DNA of 54,876 nucleotides. Source: Nemertoderma westbladi. Lineage: Eukaryota; Animalia; Xenacoelomorpha. The position numbers and the translations under genes were made by a program. The stretch spans positions 1 through 54,876 of the forward strand of contig JAUCBJ010005183.1 of the NCBI GenBank assembly GCA_032718475.1, given 5' to 3'. Position 1 is the first letter of the stretch. Every line of letters begins with the position of its first letter. The notes beneath the pieces are model-generated. The model had not been told where the DNA came from, ran no database searches, and was given only the letters and a program-made list of their open reading frames with translations. This document shows, piece after piece, positions 26,401 through 38,316 of this stretch.

Positions 26401-28128
26401 TATCTATAAACATTGTTACCTGGGTCACTAAGGACTTCCTTTGCAGCTGCTATATCTATAAACATTGTTACCTGGACCACTAAGGACTTCCTTAGCAGCT
26501 GCGATATCTATAAACATTGTTACCTGGGTCACTAAGAACTTCCTTTGCAGCTGCTATATCTATAAACATTGTTACCTGGGTCACTAAGAACTTCCTTTGC
26601 AGCTGCTATATCTATAAACATTGTTACCTGGGTCACTAAGAACTTCCTTTGCAGCTGCTATATCTATAAACATTGTTACCTGGGTCACTAAGAACTTCCT
26701 TTGCAGCTGCTATATCTATAAACATTGTTACCTGGGTCACTAAGAACTTCCTTTGCAGCTGCTATATCTATAAACATTGTTACCTGGGTCACTAAGAACT
26801 TCCTTTGCAGCTGCTATATCTATAAACATTGTTACCTGGGTCACTAAGAACTTCCTTTGCAGCTGCTATATCTATAAACATTGTTACCTGGGTCACTAAG
26901 AACTTCCTTAGCAGCTGCTATATCTATAAACATTGTTACCTGGGTCACTAAGGACTTCCTTTGCAGCTGCTATATCTATAAACATTGTTACCTGGGTCAC
27001 TAAGAACTTCCTTTGCAGCTGCTATATCTATAAACATTGTTACCTGGGTCACTAAGAACTTCCTTTGCAGCTGCTATATCTATAAACATTGTTACCTGGG
27101 TCACTAAGAACTTCCTTTGCAGCTGCTATATCTATAAACATTGTTACCTGGGTCACTAAGAACTTCCTTTGCAGCTGCTATATCTATAAACATTGTTACC
27201 TGGGTCACTAAGAACTTCCTTTGCAGCTGCTATATCTATAAACATTGTTACCTGGGTCACTAAGAACTTCCTTTGCAGCTGCTATATCTATAAACATTGT
27301 TACCTGGGTCACTAAGAACTTCCTTTGCAGCTGCTATATCTATAAACATTGTTACCTGGGTCACTAAGAACTTCCTTTGCAGCTGCTATATCTATAAACA
27401 TTGTTACCTGGGTCACTAAGAACTTCCTTTGCAGCTGCTATATCTATAAACATTGTTACCTGGGTCACTAAGAACTTCCTTAGCAGCTGCTATATCTATA
27501 AACATTGTTACCTGGGTCACTAAGAACTTCCTTTGCAGCTGCTATATCTATAAACATTGTTACCTGGGTCACTAAGAACTTCCTTTGCAGCTGCTATATC
27601 TATAAACATTGTTACCTGGGTCACTAAGAACTTCCTTAGCAGCTGCTATATCTATAAACATTGTTACCTGGGTCACTAAGAACTTCCTTAGCAGCTGCTA
27701 TATCTATAAACATTGTTACCTGGGTCACTAAGAACTTCCTTTGCAGCTGCTATATCTATAAACATTGTTACCTGGGTCACTAAGAACTTCCTTTGCAGCT
27801 GCTATATCTATAAACATTGTTACCTGGGTCACTAAGAACTTCCTTTGCAGCTGCTATATCTATAAACATTGTTACCTGGGTCACTAAGAACTTCCTTAGC
27901 AGCTGCTATATCTATAAACATTGTTACCTGGGTCACTAAGGACTTCCTTAGCAGCGCTATATCTATAAACATTGTTACCTGGGTCACTAAGAACTTCCTT
28001 AGCAGCTGCTATATCTATAAACATTGTTACCTGGGTCACTAAGAACTTCCTTTGCAGCTGCTATATCTATAAACATTGTTACCTGGGTCACTAAGAACTT
28101 CCTTTGCAGCTGCTATATCTATAAACAT
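17415..28128 (-). repeat. 52-bp tandem array (about 206 units) derived from the DNAJC3 exon 3' end plus splice donor
   Basis: Unit (minus) ATGTTTATAGATATAGCAGCTGCAAAGGAAGTTCTTAGTGACCCAG|GTAACA. First donor G at 28082, last at 17424: 10658 bp = 205x52 minus two 1-bp deletions (near 18908 and 27955). Confidence 0.98.
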
Positions 28129-28192
28129 GACTTCAGCTTTCTCTTTCTCTTTTCCATCGTATCCATCGGGGTGCCATTGTGCCGCTAATTTC
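28083..28192 (-). CDS. DNAJC3: DNAJC3 J-domain exon with HPD motif, 110 nt; its 3' end is the first unit of the 52-bp array
   Basis: atttgcag|G-KLAAQWHPDGYDGKEKEKAEVMFIDIAAAKEVLSDP-G|gtaaca. It carries HPD and FIDIAAAKEVLSDP as in DNAJC3 orthologues. Only this first donor gives an open frame into the last exon by simple exon extension. Confidence 0.95.
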
Positions 28193-28554
28193 CTGCAAAT
28201 ATGATTCAATTATTTACATATGGCGAGGGGGGGGGGGGGGATTTATTCTAGAATAAAGACAAAAAACATTAGAATTTTAGAGATTTAAGGCTCAAAATGA
28301 ATACCTTTGAATTTGATATCACCGGAAGTTATTGGTGAAATTGAAAACGAAAAATAAATAAAGACGAAAAATAACGCAGATGGAGGTGGCTAAATATCGC
28401 TATTTTTAACGGCTTGTTGAATCGATGAAGCCCAGAAATTGAAAATCCGGCCAGGCCAGCACTAAGAAAAATTTTCGAACTATCATCATACCAAATTTCG
28501 TAGCTTATGATTGAAATTTGAAAAATATAGGGGGGGGGGGGATATTCCCATTGG

Positions 28555-29744
28555 CGATATCTCCTTTGCAGAAGTTAAGGCTGCTGCAAAGAGCATTAAG
28601 ACCAATCGTTCCAGTGGAGTAGATGGTGTCCCCCTGAGGTCTTTAAAATACCCGAGTTTTTAAAGCTCATCTATCCCATCATAGTAGACATGTACAGAAC
28701 AACAAGAGTTCCACAAGAAATGAAAACAAATAAGTTGGTGCCAGTTCCCAAGAAGGGCAACCTAACACTCTCTGGTTCTTTTCGGGGAATCTCATTGATC
28801 TCGATTGCTGCAAAGCTATACAATATAATTCTATTAAATCGCATCAGGGATTCTATTGAGAGACTGCTCCGTGGAAATCAGAATGGGTTCCGTAAAGGTC
28901 GTGGGACCGTGGAGCCCATTTTGGCACTTTAGAAGGATAATTTAAGAGTTATCAAAAAAGAAAGACAGGCATCTGGCTGTTATCTTTGTTGACTTCTTCA
29001 AGGCCTTTGATTCAGTCTCTCGCTCACGTATGTTCAGCATACTTTCATTATATGAGATTCCTGATGAAATTATTGCAGCAATCAGATCAGTATACGATGG
29101 TTCGACAACATTTGTGTCTACTGTTGACGGTGACACAGAACCATTTGAAGTATTATGGGGAGTCCTCCAAGGAGACACACTTGCGCCATTCTTGTTCATA
29201 ATTGTGGTTGACTATGTTCTACGCATGTCCTTAGATCACCACAATGATGATGGGGTGATGGTAACTCCACCTACTGGCTCCAGAAGTCGAGGAAATCCTG
29301 CCAAGTACCTAACTGATTCAGACTTTGCTGATGACTTAGGAGTACTCTCAGAATCACTAGAGGGAGCCCAACGGCTTCTCAGCTCGTTAGAACAGGCTGC
29401 TTCTAGTGTTGGTCTTTTTATTAACTCCAGAAAGACCAAAATTTTGACAGTTAACTTTGAGAATTCTCAGCAAGTCTCTGACCGGATGAGCATAAGCTCA
29501 AAGGATGGTATGCTTGAGCATGTGGGCGACTTCTGTTACCTTTCGCCGTGAGGACCAGCCAGTGCATAATCTTGTACTTTGGCAGCCTCATGGAGTAAAT
29601 AAGCATGGTGGACAGCCCATGACTTTCTTGAGAAGCATCTTAAAGGACACTGGCCTTGAAGATGCGGATGATCTAGCAAATGTCATGGGTGATAGGGAGT
29701 TGTGGCGGCGCAATTTTGTCAACAAGCCGGCACAGCATTCTTAA
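28555..29744 (+). mobile_element. Degraded RTE-clade LINE fragment (RT domain to 3' end), antisense in DNAJC3 intron
   Basis: PVPKKGNL...FRGISLISIAAKLYN...QNGFRKGR, IFVDFFKAFDS, GVLQGDTLAPFLF, DFADD, WQPHG...DRELWR. Has stops, frameshifts and an internal deletion near 29545. Confidence 0.9.
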
Positions 29745-29779
29745 AAATGCAGTTGCAATGCAGCATGCCGATCCTAGTA

Positions 29780-29870
29780 GTAGGGATGTCCCGGAATCGA
29801 TATTTTGATTCCGGCCGGAACCGGAACCGGAATACATCATGTCGGAATATTCTGGTCGGAATTTTGTATA
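29780..29870. mobile_element. hAT-like MITE left end
   Basis: tagggatgtcccggaat followed by tandem ccggaa subterminal motifs. Confidence 0.5.
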
Positions 29871-30621
29871 ATTTGTGAAATACACTAAATGTCTCCCATG
29901 AAACTATATAATTTTTTGTGAAAAAAAAAATAATTTTTTAATTTCAAAAGCCAAGATTACTTTAGATCAATCAGTAACTTGAGGGAATTAAGGTAGGTGG
30001 AGAGTGGCCTCGGCCGTTACGGCCTATGAAGGGTCGGGAGGAGGGTACTTTGGCCTTAAACGACAGTGACATGTTATTCGAACCAAAACAATATACGAGA
30101 GTTAATAGTAGATCTTACAGTTTAATTTTGCTGGGAATAAATATATTTAGGGTAACAAATAGCTTTGCAGTAAATATAAATAAAATTTAAAATTGAATTG
30201 AAATTGAATTGAAATTGAATTGAATAAAATTGAATAAGACACAATATTCCAGGAGATGGTGTAGGTACGCACCAACGAAGTGGAACTGGCATTTACCAAT
30301 ATTATATAAAAATAGCTATTCAAATAAGTGGTTTCAAAATTATAATACTTATTATTGAAATGAATCATAAAAAAAATGTTCTAGAAGACTTTTATTATCA
30401 AATCCTTCAAATATATGAAAAATTATTTTCAAAACGTGTGCCTACTAAATTTAGTAGGTAGAATACAGCTTTCATGGTCGTATATTTAGTAGGTCATGTG
30501 TAAAATAATTTAAAATCAATCTAAAAAAGTCATATTATAAGCAAATTATAAAACCACTCATTAAGGCCCGTGCTCCACTGGTAAGTCTTATGTCGTAAGT
30601 CAAAAAAATTATGGAACACAT

Positions 30622-31356
30622 TACTGTTTAAACGGTATCAGACTTATCCGGATTTCCGGGATCGGGACCGGGATTATCACTCTCGGGATCCTGTTTTTCG
30701 GGTTTGGGATTGCCATTTTGGATCAAATTCATCAAAGTTAATAGTATGTGGCAGGTTTTGGGTAACACTCACTTTATCTTACTTGATTCGTAAAGATAAA
30801 GTTATATAAAATTATTTTGCAATTGATTACTGGATGATTTTCTGATTCTGTCATAATTAGATAATACTCAATAAAGTTCCGTTCTGCTGGAACTATCAGA
30901 TATTCAACAATTTTACTTAACTATATTCTTCAGACCGTTATGACGTAAGGGGTTAAGGGTCGTTCACCAGTTTTATAAAAAATAATCAGTTTCACCGTTT
31001 GGCCATTTCACCCTTCACGGGCGTCTTCAGCGGTATTATAGTCAAATAAACAGTATTCAAATAAAATTTATTAAAATTATTTTTATTAATTATCCAGTGC
31101 TAATGATAGGGGGCGCGGGCTAAGTAAGGTTGGACGCCCGTCACGGGTGAAATGGCCATACGGTGAAACTGATTATTTTTTATAAAACTGGTGAACGACC
31201 TTTAACCCCTACGTCATAACGGTCTAAATAATTATGAATACGCCGCACGAAAAACGTCGTTCCGTTTTTTGTAATCCCTCTATATTTTACGGGATCCCGG
31301 TCCAAATTTTTGCCGGGATCCCGTTTTTTCGAGATCGGGATCCCGTTTAAACACTA
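30622..31356. mobile_element. hAT-like non-autonomous element with cgggatcccg subterminal repeats
   Basis: TIRs tactgtttaaacggtatc / gatcccgtttaaacacta. cgggat(c) motifs cluster at both ends. Confidence 0.6.
30932..31225. mobile_element. Nested MITE with about 93-bp TIRs
   Basis: agaccgttatgacgta...cacgggcgtc (30932-31025) is inverted at 31133-31225. Confidence 0.8.
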
Positions 31357-32629
31357 AAACAGTTGCTTTGAATGGGAGCGTCTCCACTGGTAAATCCAAA
31401 GTTACGACCTATGAGCCGAAAGTGATGAAGTGTTAATTCTAAGTGGCGATAAAGATGAAGAACACCACATTGACTGGGTAGATAAGGACGAGGTAGAGTT
31501 GGACCCAAGAAGTGGCACAATAGTAGAACCTGGTGCACTTCCGGTGATCGTCATTCCCATGGGAGTGAATATGTGGGATGTCTTCCTTGTTTATAGTCAT
31601 TGTGTACAGATTAATTAATTAAGTATTAACATTTAGTATTAATAACATACTAGCTAATTTCAAATTTAGCATTTTTTATTAACTATACTGGGTATTTTTT
31701 GTGACGTGACGTTCAAGGGGGGGGGTTACAAAATTCGTGAGAGAGTGTGACAGAGGGGGGGGGGGGGTCGAAAATCGTCAAAAAAAAGCGCGTGACATCA
31801 ATTTATTGTGGTATACATTTTATAGAATACTTTGGATGACATTTATCTCAAAGTATACACATTTGTTACCCAAAGTATACCGAAAATGATAAATTAATCA
31901 ATGCTAATTCTCCCAATATCTATTTTTATCAATATATACCAGTATACTATACTCAGAAACAATAACTCATTTATTTATACCGGTACCCAGTATACAAATA
32001 CACGACACGACAAATGTGCACACTATGTTCACACGAAGTGTCATGCGCCATTAAAAAATGTTATTCTTTACCAAAAATTTACTTTTATTGCATCCCCTAT
32101 CGTTTACTATGCACAATTTGATGAATAATACCTGGAGTATGTCTCGATGTGTCTAAAATTGTCAGACGCACTTACAGAATACATAGATATTTAAACAGAA
32201 AAGACACGAGTTGTTTATCTTGGTCCTGAATGAAAAGAAAGCAAAATTGCTATATAAAAGTAATATTTTCCAAAGTATACCATTTGGTAGACACAAAGGG
32301 GGTGATATTTGTCTGTATCATAAGGGGTGTTAGTTTTATCACATTTTAATATGATTCCTAACAGAAGCGGAATATAAAAACATTTCGAATGAGCCCTGAT
32401 TCATGAAAATTGGTTGAAAACTTCAAAAGTTATGAGTATATATTTATATATAGAAAACATGTTTAAGTGTAACGCTTTTTTTAAACAGGACCTTACAGCT
32501 GTGATGTAAATCCGTATTTTAGATAGTATTTGTGGGGTTGGATATAAGCCCCCCTCTATCGGATAAAATCTAATTACAACCAGTTTATGGGGATTTATCC
32601 ATTTCCATTGAGTATATAGATAGGCCCAC

Positions 32630-32798
32630 CTGTATGCTTTTGTTATCTCCCTCTTAGTGGCCGTTCTCCTAACTCCCAATATTTTGTAATAATCTCTTTT
32701 CTTTGACTGTTTTATGAGTTTCTGAGTTCTCTGAATGCCTTCGTGAGACCTCCTGTGGTCCTCGTCGATGCTGTGAGCTTCCTGAAAGTCCGCCAAAG
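32630..32798 (-). CDS. DNAJC3: DNAJC3 coding exon (end of TPRs, start of J domain), 169 nt
   Basis: tatttacag|CT-LADFQEAHSIDEDHRRSHEGIQRTQKLIKQSKKRDYYKILGVRRTATKREITKAY-AG|gtgggc. Contains the J-domain start KRDYYKILGV. Confidence 0.95.
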
Positions 32799-33169
32799 CT
32801 GTAAATACAAATTCGCATACTAAGCACAAATAAGGTCAATTGAATTAATAAAAATTAAATTACGTCTGAGAGAACATTTCAGCATTATCGTGTATTAAAA
32901 AAAATCATAATCAATGGTTTTCAATATAATTGCCGTCATTAGTGTATTTTCGAGCCAGTGTAAAAGTAAATTGGTGAATTTACCAGATAATTTACCTGAT
33001 TACTTCCAAAAATATAATAATAATGTGCAACTGTAACCTGCTCCATTACCTTACTGATATTTTAACATTGAGATGAGATATTAATTATCCGAGATGGGAT
33101 TTTCGTCAAGGTTGGGTTTATCTATACAAACATAGTGCAACACGGACAGTACCGGTACGCATGAAAAAT

Positions 33170-34860
33170 AACAAACATACACACAGACAAACAGATAGAG
33201 ACAGACAGTCAGAGACACATACAAACATACACACACACAAACACCTAGAGACAGACAGTCAGAGACACATACAAACATACACACAGACAAACAGATAGAG
33301 ACATACAGTCAGAGACACATACAAACATACACACAGACAAACGGATAGGAGACAGACAGTCAGAGACACATACAAACATAGAAACGGACACACAGATAGA
33401 GACAGACAGTCAAAGACACATACAAACATACACACCCGACAAACAGATAGAGACAGACAGTCAGAGACACATACAAACATACACACAGACAAACAGATAG
33501 AGACATACAGTCAGAGACACATACAAACATACACACAGACAAACAGATAGAGACAGACAGTCAGAGACACATACAAACATACACACAGACAAACAGATAG
33601 AGACATACAGCCAGAGACACATACAAACATACACACAGACAAACAGATAGAGACAAACAGTCAGAGACACATACAAACATACATACACACAAACAGATAG
33701 AGACAGACAGTCAGAGACACATATAAACATAGACACGGACAAACAGATAGAGACAGAGAGTCAAAGACACATACAAAGATACACACAGACAAACAGATAG
33801 AGACAGACAGTCAGAGACACATACAAACATACACAGAGACAAACAGAGACAGACAGTCAGAGACACAGACAAACAGATAGAGACAGACAGTCAGAGACAC
33901 GTACAAACATACACACAGACAAACAGATAGAGACCGACAGTCAGAGGAACATACAAACATACGCAGAAACAAACAGATAGAGACAGAGAGTCAGAGACAC
34001 ATACAAACATAGACACGGACAAACAGATGGAGACAGACAGTCAGAGACACATACAAACATTCACACAGACAAACAGATAGAGACAGACAGTCAGAGACAC
34101 ATATAAACATAGACACGTACAAACAGATAGAGACAGACAGTCAGAGACACATACAAACATAGACACGGACAAACAGATAGAGACAGACAGTCAGAGACAC
34201 ATACAAACATATACACAGACCAACAGATAGAGACAGACAGTCAGAGATACATACAAACATAGATACGGACAAATAGATAGAGACAGACAGACAGAGACAC
34301 ATACAAACATACTCACAGACAAACATATAGAGACATACAGTCAGAAACACATACAAACATACACACGGACAAACAGATAGAGACAGACAGTCAGAGAAAC
34401 ATACAAACATACACAGAACCAAACAGATAGAGTCAGACAGTCAGAGACACATACAAACATACACACACACACGCCGATAGAGACAGACAGTCAGAGACAC
34501 ACACAAACATACACACAGACACCCCAATAGAAACATACCGTCAGAGACACATACAAACATACACACAGACAAACAGATAGAGACAGACAGTCAGAGACAC
34601 ATACAAACATACACACAGACAAACAGATAGAGACAGACAGTCTAAGACACGTACAAACATACACACAGATAGAGACAGAGAGTCAGAGACATACAAACAT
34701 ACACCCCGACAAACAGATAGAGACACACAGTCAGAGACACATATAAACATACATTCAGGCAGGTAGGTAGAAAGAGAGGCTGACATGGAGTTAGGCAGGC
34801 TGACAGATAGACAGACATACATAGAGTCATACAGGCAGACAGAGAAATAGGTAGACAGAC
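33170..34860. repeat. 50-bp CA/GA-rich minisatellite (about 31 units) decaying into simple repeats
   Basis: Unit acacacagacaaacagatagagacagacagtcagagacacatacaaacat with variants. Confidence 0.95.
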
Positions 34861-35037
34861 AGTAAGACCGACAATCTCCTTTTGACCCGTTCATTAACAT
34901 AGGATAGCTAGAAACGAACAATAAGTGCCCCCAAAAAATATAAAAAAATATCATGTAAAAAATTATGAAAAAATATAATTATGTAGATTTGAAAGTAAGG
35001 GGTGTTTGCAATTAAACTACCAATTTGACATGAATAA

Positions 35038-35999
35038 CTGCTAAGTCAAAACACAAAAAAGTGGCCAAAATAAGGTAGAAATTTTCTACAAATATTATTT
35101 TTTCTTCCAAACCATATACCGGTAAATATATATCATTTTAAAGCTCTTGATTAATTTCTATATCATGTGGTCCCATAACGAAACATTTATTTACTCAATA
35201 GTTTTTCAGTTTTAAATTTCAGCGTTTGAACTTTTTGGCGGTGCTTTCTTTTTCAACATTTGATCCGATGGTGTGCACTGTGCAGGTGTGCAGTGCAGTG
35301 CAAGTGAATAGGAGTTTTTCAAAAATCCCCTTGATTTAGAACATAAAAAGATTAGACATTAACCATCAATTATTTGGTAAGGAGTATTTTTGAAAACATT
35401 TAACATCATTACAGGAGGGGATTTTTAAGATGGACTTTGCCAGACGTTCAGACCTTCAACAGCTGAAAAATTGTATCTCTAGTTTAGGCAAAATTCCATA
35501 GAATACAGGTACCGGTGTTAAATTTCTTGCTTTTTAATATAACAATTGTTTAGGCATTATTATCCAATAGGTCGCAGTGAGCAGCCTAAGGGGGGACACA
35601 AAAAAGAAAAAAATAGTCCAATGAACATATTTCTAATTTGGAACATATTTTTTAGATTTAATTAAGTATAGAGCATTGTATAAGGAACGGTCTAATATTT
35701 TGTGATCTTTTCAATGATATATGACATTTGGTGCATAATTATAAAACTGGAAGCGTAAGAGCTTTTTTTGAAGCTAAATTAAAATGTCCAGCATCAGTTT
35801 TAGCTTCAAATCAATGTTTGGAGTATTGGACCGTCTCATGTTTTGATAATGGGTGGATAAAAATTTATGGAACAGAAAATTTGCAAATTAATCTTCATTT
35901 GAGGGTAAATGTAGGAGATATGGTCATATAGGTCAAAAGTTATGGGGCCGCCAAATTTTGATAAACTATCTGGCCACTTTCTGTGTTTTGACTCAACTG
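35038..35999. mobile_element. Tc1/mariner-like non-autonomous element
   Basis: Inverted ends agtcaaaacacaaaaaagtggcca (35044-35067) and tggccactttctgtgttttgactcaactg (35971-35999). No ORF. Confidence 0.6.
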
Positions 36000-36009
36000 G
36001 GATTGTGGG

Positions 36010-36520
36010 GCGAGCCACGAAGTGAGAGAAGCATTAGCATATCGGTACCATTAACGAGTTGTCTGTCGTAGTCGTCGACTGTAGTAGTTTGTCGCCATCG
36101 TCTTCAGTCGTCGTCTAATTATTGATCTCCAATTACGTCAGTCATTCCTTGATGAAATTAAACCAAACTTTGTACATATGCAGTCCGTCAAAAGTTTAGA
36201 AAGAATCGGATAGATGGATGGGTCAAAAATCAGACAGTCTGTCAGTCGGTACCGTTAGTTTCAAACTTTTGATAAAAAGTAAAAACCAAAATAAGTCGGC
36301 TAATCATTGCTGAAATAAAAGCAAACTTGGTACAAATGCAGTCCGTCAAAAGTTTAGAAAGAATCTGAAGTTTGGTCAAAAATGAGACGGTCTGTAAGTC
36401 GGTACCGATAGTTTCAGACTTTTGATAAAAACCGAAATAAGTCGGTCAATCATTGATGGGATTAAACCAAACTTGGTACGTACGTATGCAGTCTCATGCT
36501 GCGCGAAGGCCCCCGAACGT
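36010..36520. mobile_element. Helentron/HINE-like interspersed repeat with internal ~155-bp tandem units
   Basis: aaaccaaactt(t/g)gtac...atgcagtc recurs at about 36160, 36320 and 36465, and there is a gtcgtc microsatellite near the 5' end. Family assignment is inference. Confidence 0.4.
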
Positions 36521-38316
36521 GGCCAGTACATAAAAACAAAGGTGGACTTTCAGAACAAATAGCATAATAGCATATGGAAACTCAGAAACGCGAGTTAAAA
36601 AACAAATGAAAATTCAAAAAAGGTTTCTCCGGAGTAAATGTGGACATTAATAATTAAAGTTGGTGCTCTTTCAATGCTGGTACTTTTTCAACGGGAATTC
36701 AGAGAGGAAACATGGAAAGGCAATTAGGCAGGTAGATCGATCGCGAAACGCACACCGGACCTATAAATAATTAAGTTAGATATATCCTTATCCAAAGCTA
36801 AGCGTGCAACTTCCACAGCCGGCGACTAACATCCAAGGGGGTCAGGTCAACCTTGGGTAAACACATCAAAGACGCGCATTCGCTTTGTACATAAATGTTA
36901 AGAACTCATTAGTGGTGGGACCGGTATCCATTTGTGGATCGCCTCCACGGAATTCCATTGGAATCCCACAAGTTTGGTTAGGTTCGATCGCATATCTAAT
37001 CACGCGCCGATGCTTTTATAGTTAAACGGCCCCTTGGGGCAACCGGGGGCAGACGTTGGTTTCTTGGAATATGTAATGTAGATTCTATAACAGTGAGAGA
37101 TACCCTACCAGACAGTAGAGAACCCGAGTTACATGAGGGCGAATTTACCCAGTTTAATATAATTGCATTCGTTTAGCGTGGTGTAGTGGTTAAATCCGCA
37201 GGGGAAATAAGTCGTAAGACTTTGTGCCTATAATCACAGGCCTAACGGCAGAAGAAACTTTACTATCGTTTACGGTTAACCACTTTCTTAGTGCTGAACC
37301 GTAAAGGGACATATAAAATAATTAATCACTTCAAAGCCAAGGGCGGATCCCGAATTTCATTTGTAATCGTCTCCACTTTCCTCTTTAACTGGATTTACAT
37401 CCTGTTTAACAAGCAGACTGGCCTAACAGTTCAGCAGTTTGACAGGGAGATGTGGCAGGACCACTGTATTGACGCAGTAACTGCGACAATACAAAAGTAG
37501 TTAGCGATAGACGCAGCCCAAACAATTCGGTATTATTCTTCCACGATTTTGTAATGCGAGAGACGTGTGAGAATAATACAAGAGTAATGAGAGCAGATGG
37601 CAGAAACCTAACAAATGCATGAAATTACCAAATTTAGAGTTGGGTTGAACAATACAAGGGAATTATTATAGTCAGGATAGGTTGGTGTTAGTAGAAAATA
37701 TCACTTATAATATGGAAATTAAAAATAACCTAAAGCCGTTTGATTCAAAAGAAGAAAATATTAAAACGCATTTTAATAAAATAGTACTTTATAAGATAAC
37801 AGTGCGGGGTTTATTTAAATTCTGAGCAGTAGCGAGCACAATAATAGAAAAGAGTTCTGTTAAATCAAGTGATGAAATCACTATGCGATTAAACTGACTA
37901 ATAAAGCGGAGCGGGTCGTCTGAGATTCTGTTTACCGGCCTATAAAAGAATCCGCTCGATTTCAGACACGAAAACTTAAAACACCAATTCATCATTTAGA
38001 ATTCCAAACAAGTAGCTCATTCGTTTTATTTTATTACTTAATACCCGCGAACTTATTTATTTCTATTTACGGCTGTACCTGTAATTGTTATGTAACTCAA
38101 CTGAAAAACTGTGAAAAATGCATTATTACAAGAATAACATAAATATTATTTTTGTAACTTTTTCAATTATGACAACGTGATTTCGTGTTCAGTTTTCCCT
38201 CAGTTGCGTTGCCGTACAGACGATAAGTTTCTGTCTTCGAATGTGAAACGCACTTTCCAGTAATAATAATACGTGGAATCGATTTATCTTGCAAAGTATA
38301 CAATTATATAGAAAAA

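Noticed and set aside
17415-28128. CRISPR array
   Set aside because: Units are contiguous with no unique spacers, there are no cas genes, the context is eukaryotic, and the unit derives from the DNAJC3 exon.
33081-34954. Many CVCLYV-rich minus-strand ORFs
   Set aside because: Translations of the 50-bp CA/GA minisatellite.
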